From the NCBI GenBank assembly GCA_964057225.1, contig OZ059896.1, positions 10,974,001 to 11,038,000 of the forward strand: a stretch of 64,000 nt of DNA. The letters run 5' to 3'. Positions within the stretch are counted from its first letter, which is position 1. Each line of letters starts with the position of its first letter. The notes under the pieces were generated by a model. The model did not search any database and was not told the origin of the DNA. It was given only the letters and a program-made list of their open reading frames with translations. Below are positions 39,901 through 53,525 of this stretch, in pieces. The position numbers and the translations under genes were made by a program. This DNA comes from Auanema rhodensis (lineage: Eukaryota; Animalia; Nematoda).

Positions 39901-42900
39901 AAATATTTTGAATAAGTAGGGTGGATGAGTAAAATATAAATGAAAACAAACATGAATTCTCTTTATGGAATATTTTCAAATATTTCAAAATATAATAAAT
40001 TTTATAAAATCTCATTGAAATTAGTAAAAAGTAAAAGAATAAGGAAAGCTTTCTGTTTGCACAAATGACCATTGTAAAGCTATTATCAGTTTATTATCGC
40101 TACAAAATAATCAGATTATACAAACTATTATAATTCTATTATATATATATATATATTTATATATTTTCAAATTATACAAGATATTTTGTGTGGTATAGTA
40201 TCAGAATATACATATATATATATATATATTCATTTATCTAAGTTTAAGTTGAAAGAGATAGTAGTATAGAAATACGATTTTTTAAAAAAATTATAAAGAA
40301 TGATAAGATAAAAAGTCTTTATAGGTTGGTTATTTTTTTTTAACATGTCAGAATTAAATAAATCTTTTGTAAAACATGTGGAAAGGACATTCAATTGAAA
40401 TGACACAACAGGGGGTTACAAAATTGACAAGGACATCCACGAAAAATGACTTCGAATAGAAGCGCTGAATAGCAATGCAAGTTCTTAAGTTACAAATTAT
40501 TCAATTTATCAACAGAAAAACTGTAATCTATATGCATAAATCTATATAAATCTATATATTATATATATTTATTTATTTATATAATATTCAGATGAAAATA
40601 TAGAAAACAGAGATATTGCATTTACGAAAAGATATTTCATATTGAGATAGTGATGTGACATTAACCGAAATCTTCTGTGATATCATTATCTATCCTTCTA
40701 TCCTTTCTTTTTTTTCGTTTTTTTCTTAATTTTATTAATTGGAATAACGGACCTATTAGAAACTGAATAGTTAAAAGAATCTAAAAAGTGAAAAGATTGA
40801 TAGTTTGATTGATAAAACAATTTAAATGAAACTTAAGAATTAGCATGTGGAACCTAATCTAAATGTCCTATATACACTAAGAATATAAAAAAAAATATAT
40901 ATATATATACTTATGTATAAACTCATGAATCTGGACGTTTATCATGTTTTTTTCGATTTAAATTGAATTTTGTCGAAGAAAATGAGGAGAATTGGAACGA
41001 ATCAACGAAAGCAACCGTTGTAAGTGAATAAACACAAGAAATAAGATTTGCTGTTCTTCATACATATACTTACTTTCACGTAAACCACGTGAAAAATGAA
41101 TGTTTACTTACCAAAACATTTATTTGATATTCTTGAAAAAATGAAAAAGTTCATAGATAAAACATCAAAAAGATCATAGAGCATTATAGAAAGAAATATT
41201 GAATAGTTTTCAATTGATATGTACATATAGATAGATACGGTTAAGATTTATTAGATGTATGATACAAGGTTTTAAAAGTTCAATTATAGGTTTTAAAACT
41301 TGAAATTAAGAATAATTGTTAAAGTAAAATTAATTATATTATATTTTATATGATATAATAGTTATTTATTTGTAATTTACATTTAAAAAATTCTTTATTG
41401 ATATTTGATTTAGAAGAAATTCAGAAAAGAAAGTAAAAGGAATCAAAGTGTGAATTCACAGAAATATTTATCCATATGAGAGAATAAGAGTTGATTGTTA
41501 ATTGGGATTTGGAGGAGGAAGATATGAAAGACAAAATCGTTCGTACAACCTAATCTCTGATTGTGAGTGAGGGTTACAAATAGAGCGCAGAGAATCCTAT
41601 ATGCTGATTATTGAGAACAAGTTTTAATCTCCTCTCAACCAGCCTATCCTCTACTCGTGTTCAGTTGAATAGTATTCTTCTTCAAAATCTTTTGGGTTTC
41701 ACTAACATCAATGAATATGTATGAATTTCAAATAAAAAAAAAACATGAAAGAAGGTTGAATATGAAGTTCAGATCTTTGAATAGTAGCTTTTGGAAAATA
41801 ATTTATTTTGACAAAAAAAAACGACGTGTGAAGCATTTCATGACACATCTATTCAAGACAAAGTAATTTTCTCTACGTGATGCTAACTAAATAGAATTTG
41901 ACAGTCAGCGACGTTTTGTCAATTTTTTGATGTTTGAATCTGTCCAAGAAAAATGTTGAAAATAGCATGAAAAATAATGAGAGTAATAAGCGAATTAGAT
42001 AGAAAAAGAGAGAAAGATGAAGCAAGAGAAACTTTTCGAGCCGTTTCATTCTTGACTCCGATATTTTATCTTTCTTCGCTCTCAATTGACTTCATTATAT
42101 TTCACGTCTTCCGATGTCAGAGTCATGTGCTTGACAAACAGAAGCAAAGAAGCAGCCTGTCTTGCCGAGCCTTATCTTCTTTCTTGAAACCTATTTTCTT
42201 AAAATGAGCTTGAGCGTTCTGCAGACCTTTTGGCATATAATCAAAAGAGAAAAAAATTTGAAATTCAAATAAAAAAAATATAAGAGGTTAGTGTCAATAG
42301 GAAAATGCCTCTTCACAAAAAGGATTGTTTGGCAATGAATAAAGTCTTAAAAGATGTATTCTAATATAAAAAAACAATATTTTCACAAGAGACATCTTGA
42401 GAGTCTTTGAAAAATCCAATGTTTTCAGACCCGGCGACGAGATATAATCAGTTTTGTCAAAAAATTTTCAAGAGGAACTTCGATCCATTTTTAGGTCAGG
42501 TAATAGTTGATTAAAAAAATCAAAAAAAAAAAAGGAAAAGAAATAAGAATTAGGTTCTGTTATTTGAATAGAGAACTGGTCTACCCTTTTTTTCTTGAAA
42601 GAAAACAACAACGAAGAAACAGTAAAAAGCAATAACTTCATTAATTCTGTTTGAAAAAGGAAGAAAACTTTCAATTTTATGAAAAATAATTTTTTAAAAA
42701 GAAATAATTTGATGTTTATAGAATCGTTGAAGTCAATGAACTCTTCAAATACATACATATGTGTATTCTATGAGCGTAACACTATTTAAAAAAATCTTTG
42801 GTTAGTTGTTGTGATGTTATATAGAAATATAGATTCTCAAGGGTGTTTGGCAGAAATAAAAATATCCAAGAAGTTGCAGTATAATCAACTATTTATTTAT

Positions 42901-45900
42901 TTTTTTCGAGAAATCAAATAATTTTCTTGTATGTATGTGAGAAGATTGAAAGTAGAATATGTTAGTGAAAGACGAATTGCTCTTATTATTTGTTATAGAT
43001 AATACTAATGATTTGTATTAAATTATGTTAATTTATAATAACATATTATACTTAAAAAAATGAAAAATTATAAATTCAAATATGTTGAAAGTAAAAGAAA
43101 ACCAAAATACGAAATCGAAATAGGACATGACTAGGTGAGGAAATTAGTAGATTAGCGTTGTCGCCGAGAAATGGAGTACATGATTGTCAAGATGTTTCGT
43201 TTTCTTTTTACACCTTTTTGACACGATGATGTTCTATACAGAAGTCATGCTGGTATTCGCGGAGGGGAAGGGGAGAAACGATTTTTCATTCAGAAACTGT
43301 AGATAGTCTACTTTCGTTTTGAAATCAGAAGTAGTCAAGAGAAAAAGACAAAAAAACTTCTTTTGTGTTCTTATATGGAAAAGAAATGTGATGGAGGAAA
43401 ATCATATGAGATGGACGAATAAAGAGTTTGTAGCACGGATTCAAGAACTACTTGATCAGATGATATCTTAAGGATGATATGTGTATGTGACTGTACGTGT
43501 TGGGGGGTAGGTGAGAGTAGTCGAAGAAAGCACGAGAGAGAAAGAAATACAAGGATATAACCGTAGGGCAAGACAGAAAGAGAGAAGCACGAGAGAAAGA
43601 GAGAGAATAAGGGGGGGGGGACTTTTGCAAAACATGTATGCTGACAGATGTGTAAGTTAATGATGATGATGATGATGACCATGGATGCCTCGCCTGGCTG
43701 CATTGTTACTAATGCCTCGACAGTTGAGACGTCAGATGTAACTGGCAAGTGTATGACGAAAATTACATAAAGGAAGTGAACATATCGGAAAAAATGGTCA
43801 GGGTTCAAAAGAAGGCTTAAAGATGTGCAAGTTCTTTTTGTCTTGGCAGAATACTTTTCTCTCATTTTTTCTGAAATTATTTTAACTATGGATGAATACT
43901 CTCGCCGATTTGTCACACGTAGGTGAATGAACCGTATTGAGTAAGTTGTTCATGAAGAAACAGCTTGTTTGCAAAGCACAAACAATTCTTCTTAGCTACC
44001 CTAATACGGTCTGGATGCCAGGAAAACATACCTTACGTATATATATGTATACATAGGGTTACATTGTCTAACTGGCCATTCATTTTTCCAAACGAAACTA
44101 GAATTAGGGAATTGAATCAGGTAAAAGCAGGAGAAGTTTCATATTCAAGAACGAGAATAACTATGAAACGGGTCTCAATCGTCAGGTTCACTAACTAGAA
44201 GACATATTTTTGAAACGACAGGCTTTTTTGAAATTGAGAAAATTCAAATTAAATGAATTGAAACAACAAGTTAACTATTACATCTTGGTTTATGATAGGA
44301 AAAACCTTTTCTGTTCATCAGAACTGTTAGAAGTCACTGAGAGGGGGGAAAGAGAAAACGATTGCAAAAACGATTATGAGGTTGATTACGGAGGGAAGAC
44401 AAGCTTTTTGAACTATAGGCTTGTCATATACACCTTTTCTAAAGTTTTTGAAAAAAAGACGTATAGAAAGAATAATGGAATAGAAAAGAATAGATTGAAA
44501 GAATGAAAAGGGTGAAAGTTAAGATAGAAGGTATATACATAGATGTTAGTTGATGTATGAGATTTGAAGCCTAGATAAAACAACTAGTTAGGATTGTTTC
44601 TGAATGAAAAAGTAGAAGGACAGGTATGTAACCTATTCATAATCATATATATATGTTTGTATTTATATATACTATTATTATAATAATTTTTAAAAATTAT
44701 ATTTGAATAATTCTTATCGTTTTCGTTATAAATATCTTCATTGGGGTTCTTATTATAATTTTTTTAATTTAAAATTCCTCTCATATACATCTAAATATTT
44801 ATATCGATATATCTATATCTATTAATATATAAGTATCAAAATATTCAAAAATATGCTATTGATATACTCAGAAATCATTAAATCAACGTTGTAAGGACAT
44901 CCAATCTGTCTGCCAAGCTATGTGACATGGTAAAAGCCAATGAAAAAAAATTAAATAGAACCGGAAAGACAAGCAACTAAGAAGCCAACTGCCAATACAA
45001 CTTGTCGTTTGTCCATAACATAATTGGCTATACATGTATAGAATCACCTATGTACTTAAATACAAGTTACTAGGTAGTATAAGAATATACTCTCAAAGAA
45101 ATCAATTTTTGTAAAATCTTACTGTAAATTGATGATTATTTTGAGAAAAAAAAACAAGAAATGTAAAAGATGAATCAAAAGACGAAAGTCTATTAAAAGA
45201 ACTAACTAATCTTAGAATTGCATGTCCATTACCTTTCCATCTGAGGGAATATGCTGAATTAAACGGGATTTTCAACCGTGAATTAAAAAGTTTGGAGATG
45301 TACATACATATATGCATATCTTATATAGAATTTAGAAATATATACATATAGGTAAATTATATCTTTTTTTAATTTTATTTAGAATTACATTTTTATTTCT
45401 TTGTCCGTTTTAATTTTTTTAATTAGAAAATCAAACTTTTTAGCTATTTAAATTATATTTTTTTTGTTGTTAAATATACAAATTCAGAAGACAATAGAGA
45501 TACAATGAGGGCAATGTCATTGTCATCCTGATCGGCAACGACTCTTAAGGCATTGAGAAGAACACATTAAGCAAAGCATACACTTCAATCTTACCATATA
45601 AGGAAGATAGTGAAGGTCATTATAGAAAATGGTCGTTGGACAGTAAAGAAACCGGTAGATTGAATATTAATTTAATGAAAAAAAGTGAGAAACTATAGTT
45701 TTTCTTAACAAGACAATGATAATTATAATGTAATATATAGTATAATATACTATATTATATATATATTATAGTTAAATATATAATAATATAAGTAATCGAT
45801 GAATAATATGTTAGATGTAAAGATATAAAATGTATTTAACGAGATAAGCTATATTTAGCGAAGTCATGATCAAAAAAAGGTTATAGTATAATGGACAATG

Positions 45901-48324
45901 ATGTGTACCATCTTCTTCTTCTTTTGCACTTTTTGATTAAAAAACAGTTAAAGTTCATTTGCAATGCTAAAACGCAAAAATTTCCTTATATATTAGATAA
46001 TTTGCAGAATTATTTATTTAATTAAATTAATCAATTATATAAATATCTTATTAACTATATCACAACACTATTCGAGTAGTTGCATCAAATGAAGAAAACT
46101 ATATATACATATGTCTGCCAATTTATATAATTTGTTTTTGAAAATAAAAAAAAACAAAATGAAGAATATTTTTAAAAATATAATTATACATACATATTTT
46201 TCATTTACATGTGTTTTGACACATTTTTAAATTAAAATAATAATAAATTAATATTAAAATGACAAGAATAATGTATACTATCAATATAAATAGTTATATT
46301 CATGCTTCAAACATATCAAAATGTTTTAATTAAAACAAAAATCTTGATCGTTTAAGCAAGGTCATGAGAACTATAGTCGATTTTTAGAGATAGATAGTAT
46401 GAATACGAATGAAATATTATGGGCTTTTGCTAGCTTCCAAACATCATAAAATGTGATTTTAATCTTTTTTTGTATTTAATATTTATGTTTTGAAATAAAA
46501 ATTTCTAAGATATTTGAAGTCGATAACGGTAGTCTATGTTCTATGAAAACACTTTCATTTTTCATATTCAAAACACATTAAACGGTTGAACTTAATAACT
46601 AAATCTCTTTAAATCTATTTGTATATTTGTATTTTATTATTTAAAAAAGCGATTTGTATAGTTTAATAATTAAATATATCAATAAAGCTATGTATAGAGT
46701 TGATTCGAGAGAAAAACAATAATGAACGAGAAGTAGATATGTATCTAAACTTGTTCTTGTCATTGTTATGGGAAGTCAAAAATATGAATTTAAAGAAATT
46801 TTAATTCAATTAATATATATATATATTTATAAATAAAATCTTATATGTATATAGTTAGTTCAATAGTGCATATGACAAAGGTTTAGCATATACTAGGTAA
46901 CATTCTCAGAAAACCAGTTAGTACATTCATACATAATAACTATTATCTATTAAATATTCATAATAATATATTTTATTTCTCGATTTTATTTTATACTATT
47001 AATTGCCTTTAACTTAACAGGTTTCGAAGATAATTTATTGGTTTTCTATTCATTTCAAAAAGAATATTATAGACATACTTACTTATATATAGTTAAAGCT
47101 TTTACTATCAGTATATGAATAGTTCAAGTTATACACAAGTATAATTAACTAATTTAATACGAAACAAAAAGTTGTGAAAAGTTTCTGCTAATCATTTAAA
47201 ATTAAGAAATTAAACTAAATTAAAATTGAATTGATATGAAATATCTTAAATCAAAAAATAAATAGTTTAATTATACGTATAATCACGTTAATATATCAAT
47301 TTGCAGAAGGTCGTTCATTTAGCAATCTATGAGATAAAATTTAAAACGAAATTAGAATCAGATGCAGAAAATAAGAATAGTATTTGATATCAGAAATGAA
47401 AAAAAAAGATTTCAATATATATATACTATATACTATATACTATATACTATATTATATTTATAATTACTCTTATTAGGATCGTATTATCTGTACTACAGGT
47501 GGTCTAACACATTTACACATCAATATCTAATAATATATTAATTATATTAACAAAACTATTAGTAAATTTAAGTTTATATTCTAAAACTTATTTTCTGTCA
47601 TTTGTTTGGAGTTTTTCTTTTCTGCACACCCTCTTATTTCTCTAAATACTTCTCATTCATCCCTTCTTAATCATTTCATGAGCAATCCAGTTGCCAAGAA
47701 TCCAATAGCAAACATAACAAAGATTGAGGAAACGAGCATACATATCACAATTAAAAGCAAATATTAAAATATAATTATCTAATTAATATTATAAAATTAT
47801 AATAAAATTTGTATTAATATTAAATTATTATTATTTGATTCAAAAAAGAAATTTAAAAATTAAAGTTAACTAGGTATTTATCAGTAGTTTAGGGAGAAAA
47901 ACTTGAGAAAAACTTGAATATTAAGTGTTATATCTAACACTTTTATTGGTAGATTTATATATATTATATATATAAATATATTGTATAATATGTGTATAAG
48001 TCATACAAGATAAGAAGAAAGATTCAGTTCAGTAATTGCGATTATCTGAATAAAAATGATAGGATGATCAAGGAAGTGATTTTCAAAAAATGATTGATAA
48101 CTCGATAGAATATAATAGTTAGCTTGATAACAATATTATATAAATTACTAAAAATATTCATTTATTATAAAATAAAATAAATTAATTGTAATTTAGATGA
48201 AATTAAGGCTTTAAAATAAGAAAAGCAATACTTGATAAGTATTTGATGATGAATTAAATAGATAAAAATAGTGCTGAATGAATGAAAAGTTAAGAACCAG
48301 AAGCTGGTAGAGAGAGAAAGAGTG

Positions 48325-48327
<3 letters not shown>

Positions 48328-48383
<56 letters not shown>

Positions 48384-48385
48384 TA
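48328..48385. repeat. (GA)n microsatellite
   Basis: About 24 GA units followed by GGAGAGATA. Confidence 0.95.
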
Positions 48386-48598
48386 AAAAGAAAAAGAGAG
48401 GGAGAGATGTATATATGTATAAAGAGAGAATGATAAAAATTCCTGTGGTAAAATAGAGAATCGGAGAACCCATACAGTTTGTTCTACTGAATGATACTGA
48501 GAATAGTTATTGATATGATTATGGTAGAGTATTACAGATGACATCAGAAAAGAAAAGAGTGATATCCATGTACTGATGATGGTAATTCGATTTTCGTT

Positions 48599-48605
48599 CT
48601 CTCTC

Positions 48606-48652
<47 letters not shown>
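48599..48652. repeat. (CT)n microsatellite
   Basis: About 25 CT units with TAT and CCC interruptions. Confidence 0.95.
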
Positions 48653-48665
<13 letters not shown>

Positions 48666-50487
48666 ACTTCATCATTCGTTTTCCTCTCTTTATATCAAAC
48701 TAACACTATATCATGACTACTAAGGATGAATGATATCCTTAATGAGAAGAGGTTGAATCTCTTTCAATCAATCGGAAACACTCGAGGGATATGGTTATCA
48801 GAACAAGGTCGATATAAACACGTACATATAACTATTTTTATTGTTAAAAACGTCTATTTAATGATGGTTTATATATATATTAGAATATAAATCTTTATAA
48901 TATCTTTTGAATTAATAAATAGAAATAATAAAGTAAACTGGAAATGAAAATGCTTTCAAAATCTTACAAGCATTTGTGATATGTGTTCAGAAACTTTGCA
49001 GAATATTGTTTCATTCTGAACGTAATGAAGTTTTGCAATTACAATGTTGTTAGTTGTGTAGCTGACATCTACAGGCAACAATGGTAGTGTGTTCTCTCAC
49101 AAAAAGGATTACAGCGGTCAGAAACATAGCCTGGGGGCAAAATGGAAATGGCATTCAAACAAGGCAAAAGCCGGTCCAGTTTTCGTTGTCTGATGATACT
49201 AGAGTGATAGAGAATGGGAAACGAATTGTATGTTGTATGCGTCGTTTACAGAATGTCGTTCGTTATATTAAGCTGTTTTGGGAACATCTATTGATAAACT
49301 GTATCATTAATAAACGATCACCGGAGAAAATCTAAATGCAAGAAAAAAAAGAAAAATAGATTGAGTTAGTGAAAAGGAGATGGAAATTGATGGTGTGGGG
49401 ACAAGGTTATTCAAAAATAATAATAATAATATCTTTTTTAGAAGAAGAATATGAACTAGAACACTGAATCTGAATGAGATAAAACCTATTGAATCGTTTT
49501 ATTGAACTTTAGAATTAACGTTAATTATTTTAATATTTCATATTAAATAAATTTCTGGTGAGTTATTAAGAAAAATTATTGCAAAAAATCCGGATATTGG
49601 AAAGCAAACTAAGAAAAACTGGTCAGAGGTTGTATTGTATGAGCAGAGCACAACAATCATTTAAACTATTTAAATTTTTTAAACAAATAAATTAATATCT
49701 ATGTATATAAGCATATGTAAATTGAAATGTTACATACAAAATATAGGAAGAAGATAGGTTAATGCTTAGTTGGAACATGGCTTAATCCTCTTCTGAAATT
49801 GACAGAATTTGTACAAACAACCTGTCGGAGGGTAGCTAATACGATCAGAATAGAATTAGCTTATTCGAAGCATTTTCGAAAAAATTTTAGAAATCTTTTA
49901 AAGCTATATTATATAAATATAATTAATTAAAATATAAAAGGGATCTATAAAATATATAAATAGTAAATAAAATATAAATCAAATGAAAATAAGAAATACG
50001 AAACTATCTGCTATGGTTAATGGTGATAATTCATTTTTAATTTTTCTTAGATTACACAAATATTTTTTTTCTAAATAAAAGAAAAATAAAGAGGAAGATT
50101 CATATCATATTCATATAACCGGAAATGACGAATGAAGCTAAAGGGAAGAAAAGGTGTGGAGAAGCAAATAAAACATCCACTTAAGATGAAGCTATCAACT
50201 ATAAGTTTGATCTTTTTTATGAAAATTAAATATGATAGAAGATGATATATGTGTATATAGTTAATGAAATATAGTATATTTTAATAAAAAAATTGTATAA
50301 ATATGTTTATATACTATATATTATATCTCTATATAGTATATAGTATTCGTATATAGTATTTAGGTTAACTATACGATTATATGAATGTTTAATTCTTTGT
50401 TTTATATATTTAATATAATAATTCCAATGTAAATCTTATACAATTTATTTTACAACAAAGTTAATTTCAGACAACGAAAAAAAGAAT

Positions 50488-51291
50488 TTACAATGCAGCA
50501 TTTACATTTTCCTCACTTGATTCAGAAGAATCTTTATCTTTTGCTTCTGTCTTAGTGTTGTTAGATGCTGGAATTGCTTCAGCTGTTTTACCAACGGATC
50601 TCTTATTTGGTCCAAATTTAATATTAAATTCTGCTGCTTTGCTCTTAAATAATGAGTAAAATAAGTTTATAAATCAATTAATATAGTTGATTTACCTTAA
50701 TTTCATTATCTAATGCATTGAGCTGGTTACGATCTGCTTCATTCAATTCATTCATTAACTTGTCAACCTTCAATATTTTTGAAAATATTTGAAAAAAAAA
50801 AATTCAAATATTATACCGTTGGAGATCCCTGACCATTATTAGATGGTTTACGAGCTTCGAATATAGCTTTCAGATTTGGACTGACCGATTCTAGACGAGT
50901 TCTCATGTATTCAGAAAAATCTATTTCCTTTTTAGCTTTTTCAATTTCAGCTTGCTATAAATGAAATAAATATTTTTCTCTTTGAGCATGGAAGAGAGAA
51001 ACCTTTTGTTCTGCTGGAAGTTGGTCAAAGATTTGTGCAACAGCAGCATATTTCTCTTCTTTTGTTTTGGCTTTATCATTAGCTATTTGTTGAATCTGTA
51101 AAATTAATTATATAACTTATTATAAAATAATATTATACCTGTTCAACATGTCCGATATCTTCCATAACATGTGAGTGAACAGGCTCAACTTAAAATATTT
51201 TTTATATTATCTTTTGAACAAACAATTACTAACCTGGATCAGCAGCTACGCTGCATAACAAGAAACAGAATAGTATTATTTGATATATCAT
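50488..51291 (-). CDS. Secreted helical nematode protein, SXP/RAL-2 (DUF148)-like (6 exons)
   Basis: Signal peptide MIYQIILFCFLLCSVAA-DP. Phase-compatible exons IQQIANDKAKTKEEKYAAVAQIFDQLPAEQK and VDKLMNELNEADRNQL, ending ENVNAAL*. The gene model is solid; the family assignment is tentative. Confidence 0.75.
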
Positions 51292-53387
51292 ACTAAATAT
51301 ATAATATTTGTAATAAAAATATATATATTTAAAATATTTAAATATACCTTAAGATCTGATATGAGACTGGGCTGCATTTTCAACTCAACTCCGTTAATTT
51401 ATAGCAAATTTTCATTTTTGAAATGAGGATAATCACTGTATTTTTCAAAATAATTTACATTTGATGAACACAACATTCAGTTTTATCTGGGATTAAGTAT
51501 TTGTCATATTCCAGTACTGTAACCGTTATAGTTATTAATATACTAGTTCAATCTATCAATAATTAAAGATCAAAGTTATAACTTGAAGGTATTATTTATT
51601 ATTTCCACGATTACTCATTGAATTATACGAAAATAGCAAAATAAGCCACTATAAGTTGAATCTCGTGAAATCTCAACGACCTTTGTAACACTGCATTATA
51701 TTCTTTTCAAGGATTATATGACAAAAAGATTTAAAATATTTGTCATTTATAATATATAATATAAGTTTTTTTTTGTTTCATTTAAAATAATAGTACATTA
51801 ATAGTAGTATAATATGCCCTTTAAAGTAAATATATAAAATGAATCAGTATGAAATGATTTGAGATTAATTAAAATTACTATATGATATCAGTTATATATA
51901 TTTTTTTTGATAAATGAAATGATAACAAAGATAAGATGAATGTTTTTCATCAAAACAGATTAAACACTTACAATTTAAATTAATATTTTATAATATTTCT
52001 TTAAATATTTAGTAAATGAAATATACATAAATGTATTTTCTTTTTTTTTTGGATTAGTACTTATATGAATATATTGAAGTTGTTCAGATAAAGCTTCAAT
52101 ATTCTAAAACATGTCCATCTGACTAAATATGTTTCATTTAATTTCTAAAAATTAAACTTTAAATATATTTTATCAAATTAATAAATATACTACTGTAATT
52201 GCTAGTCAATTATCTTGTTGGAGTGAAGTAATCTTGTGAATATTCTAAGACTTTTATTACGTAGAAATATACAACTTCCTAAGAATACATGCTATGTCAC
52301 ATTCTAATAGTACGTGCAGGGGGTTGACGAAACTTCGACCCCAAGTTTATATTATCTTAAACGATCTTGACCATTTCTTCTAGTAAGAATAAAATTTGGC
52401 AGCTTTCATGTAGATAATAAGTACGTTCCAAAGAAATTATCACAAAATAATATATACAACTGATATACATCTCATGCTTTATGTATCTGTTTTGGTCGTC
52501 CACGCGATCTTCTTCTGTAATGCTTGCTAGCCAGTTATATTCTTGGATTTAAGCAACCTTTGGTTATTATAAGACTTTTATTATACAGAAATAACTCTCT
52601 AGTCTTAATATTAGTTAGTAACAAGACAAAAAACACAATCAAATCAAAAGGAAAGAAGAGGAGACCTATGTCTGGCGGGTGAGTCTTACAGAACTGACTG
52701 AGACTGCCTTCTGTTCTCTCTTCTGTTAAAATATTACAAAGAAGTAGTTGAAATATATATATATATCTTTTTGGATATAAAAAATTATAATAAATTATTG
52801 ATTTATTTGTTTTTCTTTTATAAATTTTGTTAAAAAAAAACAATTTAGTGATATTCAACTTTATAAAATTTCTTTTTTTTATAATAAAACAAAAATATAA
52901 AATATATAGTATATAGTATAAGTATTATATATTTTGTGATAGTTTCAGCTCTTCTTAAGAAGTTTTATTGAATATTATCCAAACTTTAAATAAACATAAT
53001 TCAAGTTCTATATTTATATTTATTAAATATACAATACCATAGTTAATATGTACCATACATGGCTATGAACAAATGGTCTTGATCTCGTTGCCAAACACTT
53101 TGAATTCAAAGAAATGATGGAAGTAAACATACAGAAATAGATGCATGTTCACTTCTTTAGTAAAATATAGAAGAAAACGTTTACATTCGACTACTATTCC
53201 GTCTTCTTATACCATTCTATATTATATTTTAAGTTTGAGTTATATTATGCAAGTTAGTTGTTTTTAATTTTTATTATATATATTTCATAATATTTATACA
53301 TATTATACAATATTTTATAAATTTATATATTAGCTTTTTCTATATAATTTATTTGAAAAACAAAAACATTCTACTATCTTCTCTACA

Positions 53388-53460
53388 CCTTAGCTTTTGC
53401 GTAGGCCAATGTGCAACGAACAGACGATTCTCGTTACATTGCCCTAAGCAGAAGCTCAGG
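53388..53460 (-). ncRNA. Candidate microRNA precursor or structured element in the FMO 3' UTR
   Basis: About 30-bp imperfect stem (CCU/AGG, AGCUUCUGC/GCAAAAGCU, UAGG/CCUA, CAAUGU/ACAUUG, AACGA/UCGUU) with a short loop. It is a GC-rich island in very AT-rich flanks. Confidence 0.5.
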
Positions 53461-53525
53461 AACGTATAAATAATATAAATTTAATAAATAAAAAAAGAAA
53501 GAACATAGAAACATTTTTCATAAAC

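Noticed and set aside
43371-43916. 181-aa minus-strand ORF, and similar ORFs at 48165-48544 and 63256-63734
   Set aside because: These are low-complexity Leu/Ser/Phe translations of CT/GA-rich tracts with no splice or motif support.
52319-52342. GC-rich 8-bp hairpin GGGGTTGA-CGAAACT-TCGACCCC as a Helitron 3' end
   Set aside because: No CTRR terminus at the expected ~10-12 nt spacing on either strand.
53388-53460. SECIS or iron-responsive element interpretation of the FMO 3' UTR hairpin
   Set aside because: There is no RUGA/GA quartet or CAGUGH loop, and the FMO model has no in-frame TGA.
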